Below, piece after piece: positions 59,183-64,000 of a stretch of DNA of 64,000 nucleotides (position 1 is its first letter; every line of letters begins with the position of its first letter). Origin of the DNA: the human T2T-CHM13v2.0 reference genome, Homo sapiens; assembly GCF_009914755.1 (NCBI RefSeq), contig NC_060928.1. The stretch is one strand, 5' to 3'. The notes under the pieces were generated by a model, which worked only from the letters and a program-made list of their open reading frames with translations, had not been told where the DNA came from and searched no databases. A program made the translations under genes and the position numbers.

Positions 59183-60501
59183 TATGGAAATACAGTGCTT
59201 TTAACACATCATGAATATAAAATAGATCAGAAAATGACAAACCTTGAATAAATGAGTACTTTTATGGTTCTAGCTTGTTCAGAAAATAGCTCATCCATAA
59301 CATTTTAATATCATCTGAAGAGTGACCTGTGTATAAATACATGATGCACTGTGTTTCTCAATATAATGCTGTTTTCTTGTTAATCAAGACTTCTCATTCA
59401 CTACAAGGAGTTTACTTGCTAGGTTCAATTTGAGGACTCATGCTGTGGTGTCTGTTTTGCTGTGTATTTTATTCTCTTTTGTTGTTAGGTAAGTAGAACA
59501 GCAGCAATAGCACCCATTACTAGTAAGCCTTTTATTGTTATGAGTTGTTACTTGACATTCATCAACAGAGTGGTGTTAGATATAAGTGGGGTGTAAATTT
59601 CTATCTTCATACATATGAGAGATACATAACATAGCTCAATGATTTATTACTAAGTAACTTACAAACATCAGTTCAAAAGTGACATATAATTTGGCACAGG
59701 ACCTAACTAGGGAGTTATTTGTTCTTGTTTTCTTATTTCCTAGGCTGATTACAGATGCTCCTTCTCATTTCCCCTAAAACTACATATACCCCTTCTATTA
59801 AGGATAAAACAGTAAGTGCTGAAGATCATCTGAAAAGCTGTTTTTGCATAAATGTCAAAGTATCCCTATTCAAATAGTGGTCAATGGTTGGAATAAAAGA
59901 AAAAATTTAAAGGTTGTGTGTGTGTGTATGTGTGTGTGTGTGTATATCTATATGTGTATTTAATGCCTATTATCTGATTATCTCAAAATTCAAATGAAAA
60001 CCTCATTTTGTCCAAGAGAAAATATAAAAAAGCAGTACCTGGACACTACTTTCATGTTCTATCTGGAAGCTTTATCATGGTAACCTGCTCAACTTCATAA
60101 GCTTATGCAAACCTAAATATGGGTTTTAAATTTTTGAAACATTAACTAGAGAACTATTATATGTTTTGATTTGAGGGCTGATAGGAAGATAATATTTTGA
60201 CATGATTCCAGTGTTTTTTTTTTTTTTCTCACCTCTGGGCACCTCTAGGGCCTTCCCATATGCTGTTTCTCTGATAAAAACAATTGTACCCTGTTATCTT
60301 TTTCCTAACACACAAAATGCACCCCATGCCCTCCACTCAACACATATAATTTCCAGATTAAACATTTCTCCTTCAGAAGCCGTCTGTTAGTCATTCCAAG
60401 AAGCTTCGAATACCCCTTGAAGTTCTTCTCTCTTGCCCTTCCTAAGTACTACTAAAGTGCCTTGTGCTTTTCACATCAGAGTCTTCATCACATTATTATA
60501 A

Positions 60502-60812
<311 letters not shown>

Positions 60813-61169
60813 ACATTATTATAATTTCTTATTCACATACTATTTCACCCACTAGACTTCAAGCTTCTTAAAGGTAGGTTCCGAAATAACATTATCAATG
60901 CTTAGGATAATAACTGGCATGTAACAAAGTCTTAATAAATATTTTTGAAAGAGTTATAAAAGTTGCAGGAAAATTCCCTTCTTTGTGATATTTTGGTTGG
61001 TTTTTCAAAGAAATTATTTTTGAGCACTAATCTATAATTATGTAGTGCTTTAAAAACTTAATGAGTGAGAAAACACAAGGCCTCAATATTTTGATTTCAC
61101 ATTATATTTCCACAAAGATTCTCCCTATTTAGTTGGCTCAGTTTGAGACTTGAAGAATGTTTTTTTCAA

Positions 61170-64000
61170 ATCAAGGGTGGCTGGTCTAATTTCAGATAAA
61201 GGGGACTTTAAACAAACAAAGATCACAAGAGAAAGAAGGGCAACACATATCGGTAAAGAGTTCAATTCAATAAGAGGACCTAAGTATCCTAAATGTATAT
61301 GCACCCAACATAGGAGTACCCAGATTCATAAAGCAAGGTCTTAGGCACTTATGAAGAGACTTAGATTTTCAAACAGTAACAGTGGGAGACTTCAACACCC
61401 TCCTGACAATATTAGACAGATCATCAAGGCAGAAAATTACCAAGGATATTCAGGACTTGAACTCAACGATAGACATAATTGACATACAGAACTCTTCACC
61501 CAACAATAACAGAATATACATTCTCTCATCACCACATGGCACATAATCAAAAATTGACCACACAATTGGACATAAAACAATCCTCAACAAATTTAAAAAA
61601 AACCTAAAATCATACTGAGCATACTCATAGACCACAGTGTAATAAAAATGGAAATCAATAGTAAGAAAATTGCTCAAAACTATATAATTACATGGACTTT
61701 ACACAACCTGCTCCTGAATGACCGAGGGTGGGGAGAGTAATAAAATCAAGACAGAAATCCAGAAACTCTTTGAAATTAATGAGAACAAAGATACAACATA
61801 CCAGAATCTCTGGGACACGCTAAGGCAATGTTAAGAGCACAATTTATTATAGTACTGAATTCCCACATCAAAAAGATACAAAGATCTAAAATTAACAATC
61901 TAACATCACAACTAGAGGAACTAGAGACACAAGAGCAAATAAACCCCAAAACTAGCAGAGGACAAGAAATAACTAAAATCAGAACTGAACTGAAAGAAAT
62001 TGAGATGTAATAAAACATAAAAAGATTAATGAATCCAGAGTTGGTAGTTTGAAAACATTACTAAGATTGACAGACCACTAGCTAGACTAATAAAGAGAAG
62101 ATTCAAATAAATGCAATCAGAAATGACAAAGGAGATGTTATCACTGACCCCACAGACATACAAGAACGCTGAGACATTACTATTAATACTTCTACGTACA
62201 CAAATTAGAAAACTAGAGAAAATTGATAAATTCCTGGACACATACAACCTACCAAGACTAAACAAAAAAGAAACTGAATCCTTGAACAGACCAACAGTGA
62301 GTTCCAAATTTAAATCAGTAATAAAAAGCCTACCAGTGAAAAGAAGCTCAGGGCCAAACAGATTCACAGCCAAATTCTACTAATGTATAAAGAAGAGCTG
62401 GTATCATTCCTGCTAAAACAATGCCAAAAATTTAAGAAGGAGGGACTCCTCTCTAACTCATTCTATGAGGACAGCATTATCCTTATACCCAGGCCTGGTA
62501 GCCACACAACAAAAAACGAAAGCTTCAGGCCAATATCTTTGATGAACATACATGCAAAAACCTTCAACAAAATACTAGCAAACTAAACCCACCAGTGCAT
62601 CAAAAAACTAATCCACCATATCAAGTAGGCTTTATCCTTGGGATGCAAATTTGGTTCAGCACATGCAAATCAAGAAATGTAATTCATTACATAAATAGAA
62701 CTTTAAAAGACCACATGATTATTTATCTCAATAGAGGCAGAAAACAGTTACAATAGAATTCAATATCGCTTCATATCGAACATCTCAACAAATTAGGCAC
62801 TGAAGGAACATATTTCAAAATAATAAGAGCCACCTATGACAAACTCACAGCCAACATCATACTAAGTGGGCAAAAGCTAGAAGCATTCCCCTTGAATACT
62901 GGAACAAGACAAGGATGTTATTTCTCACCATTCCTATTCAACATAGTACTCTAAGTCCTAGCAAGAGCAATCAGGCAAGAGAAAGAAATAAAAGGCATCC
63001 AAATAGGAAGAGAGGAAGTCAAACCACCCTTGTTTACCAATGATATGACTCTATACCTAGAAAACCCCATAGTCTCTGCCCAAAAGTTTCTTGATTAGAT
63101 AAACAAATTCAGCAGTTTCAGGATACAAAATCAGTGTAAAAAAACAGCATTCCTATACACAACATATAAGCTGACAGCCAAATCAAGAATGTAATCCCAT
63201 TCACAATAGTCACAAAAGAATAAAATATCTAGGAATACAGCTAACAAGGGAGTTGAAAGATCAGTACAACAAGAATTACAAAACACTGCACAAAGAAATC
63301 AGAAATGGCACAAATAAATGGAAAAACATTCCATGCTCAGATAGGAAGCATCAATAATGTTCAAATGGCCATACCACCCAAAGGAATTTACAGACTCAAT
63401 GCTATTCCTACCAAACTACCAATGACATTGTTTACAGAATTTTTTAAAAAAAACTATCTTAAAATTTGTATGGGACCATAAAAGAGCCCCAAAAGCCAAA
63501 GTAATCCTAAGCCAAAAGAATAAACCTGGTGGCATCACATTACCTGACTTCAAACTACAATACAAGCCTATAGTAATCAAAACAGCACAATACTGGTACA
63601 AAACCAGACACATAGACAAATGGAACAGATTAGAGAGCTCAGAAATAATGCCACACACCTACAACCATCTAATCTTCAACAAAGTTGACAAAAACAAGCA
63701 ATAGAGAAAGGACTCCGTATTCAACAAATGGTGCTGGAATAACTGGCTAGCCCTATGCAGGTTAAAACTGGACCCTTTCATACAGCATATACAAAACTCA
63801 ACTCAAGATAGATTAAAGACTTAAAAGTAAAGCCTAAAACTATAAAAACTCTGGAAAATAACCTAGGAAATATGCTTTGGACATAGGACCTGGCAAAGAT
63901 TTCATGATGAAGACACCAAAAACAATTGTGACAAAAATAAAAACAGATAAATGGGACCTAATTAAACTAAAGAGCTTCTGCACAGCAAAATAATCTATGG
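61170..64000 (+). mobile_element. Older primate L1 ORF2, 5'-truncated, runs off the window end
   Basis: [33 protein letters not shown]; many stops. Confidence 0.92.

Overview
AT-rich primate (probably hominoid: L1PA3-type L1 and AluY present) nuclear DNA dominated by transposable elements: L1 copies of several ages, Alus, ERV1 solo LTRs (MER41, MER4, MER34/39, MER83, MER21-like), DNA transposons (full-length HSMAR2, MER58 with nested Tigger3, MER3) and MIR/L2 relics. Nearly all ORFs in the track are L1, Alu or mariner debris, or chance ORFs. I found no tRNA, rRNA or CRISPR feature and no intact named gene. Highlights: (1) a chain of phase-compatible minus-strand exon candidates (32442-32560, 28279-28364, 20709-20899, 12945-13162, possibly 45125-45229) whose joined translation looks like a decayed cyclic-nucleotide-binding-domain (CNBD1/CNBD2/RAPGEF-like) gene, a candidate unitary pseudogene; (2) an essentially full-length L1PA3 with about 5.7 kb inverted by twin priming, placing its antisense promoter upstream of its own 3' end and creating a chimeric 133-aa ORF; (3) a 63-bp templated insertion apparently copied in inverted orientation from a neighbouring L1; (4) a MER41 LTR with both GAS motifs intact. 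Repeat subfamily names are from memory of consensus sequences and need RepeatMasker/Dfam confirmation.
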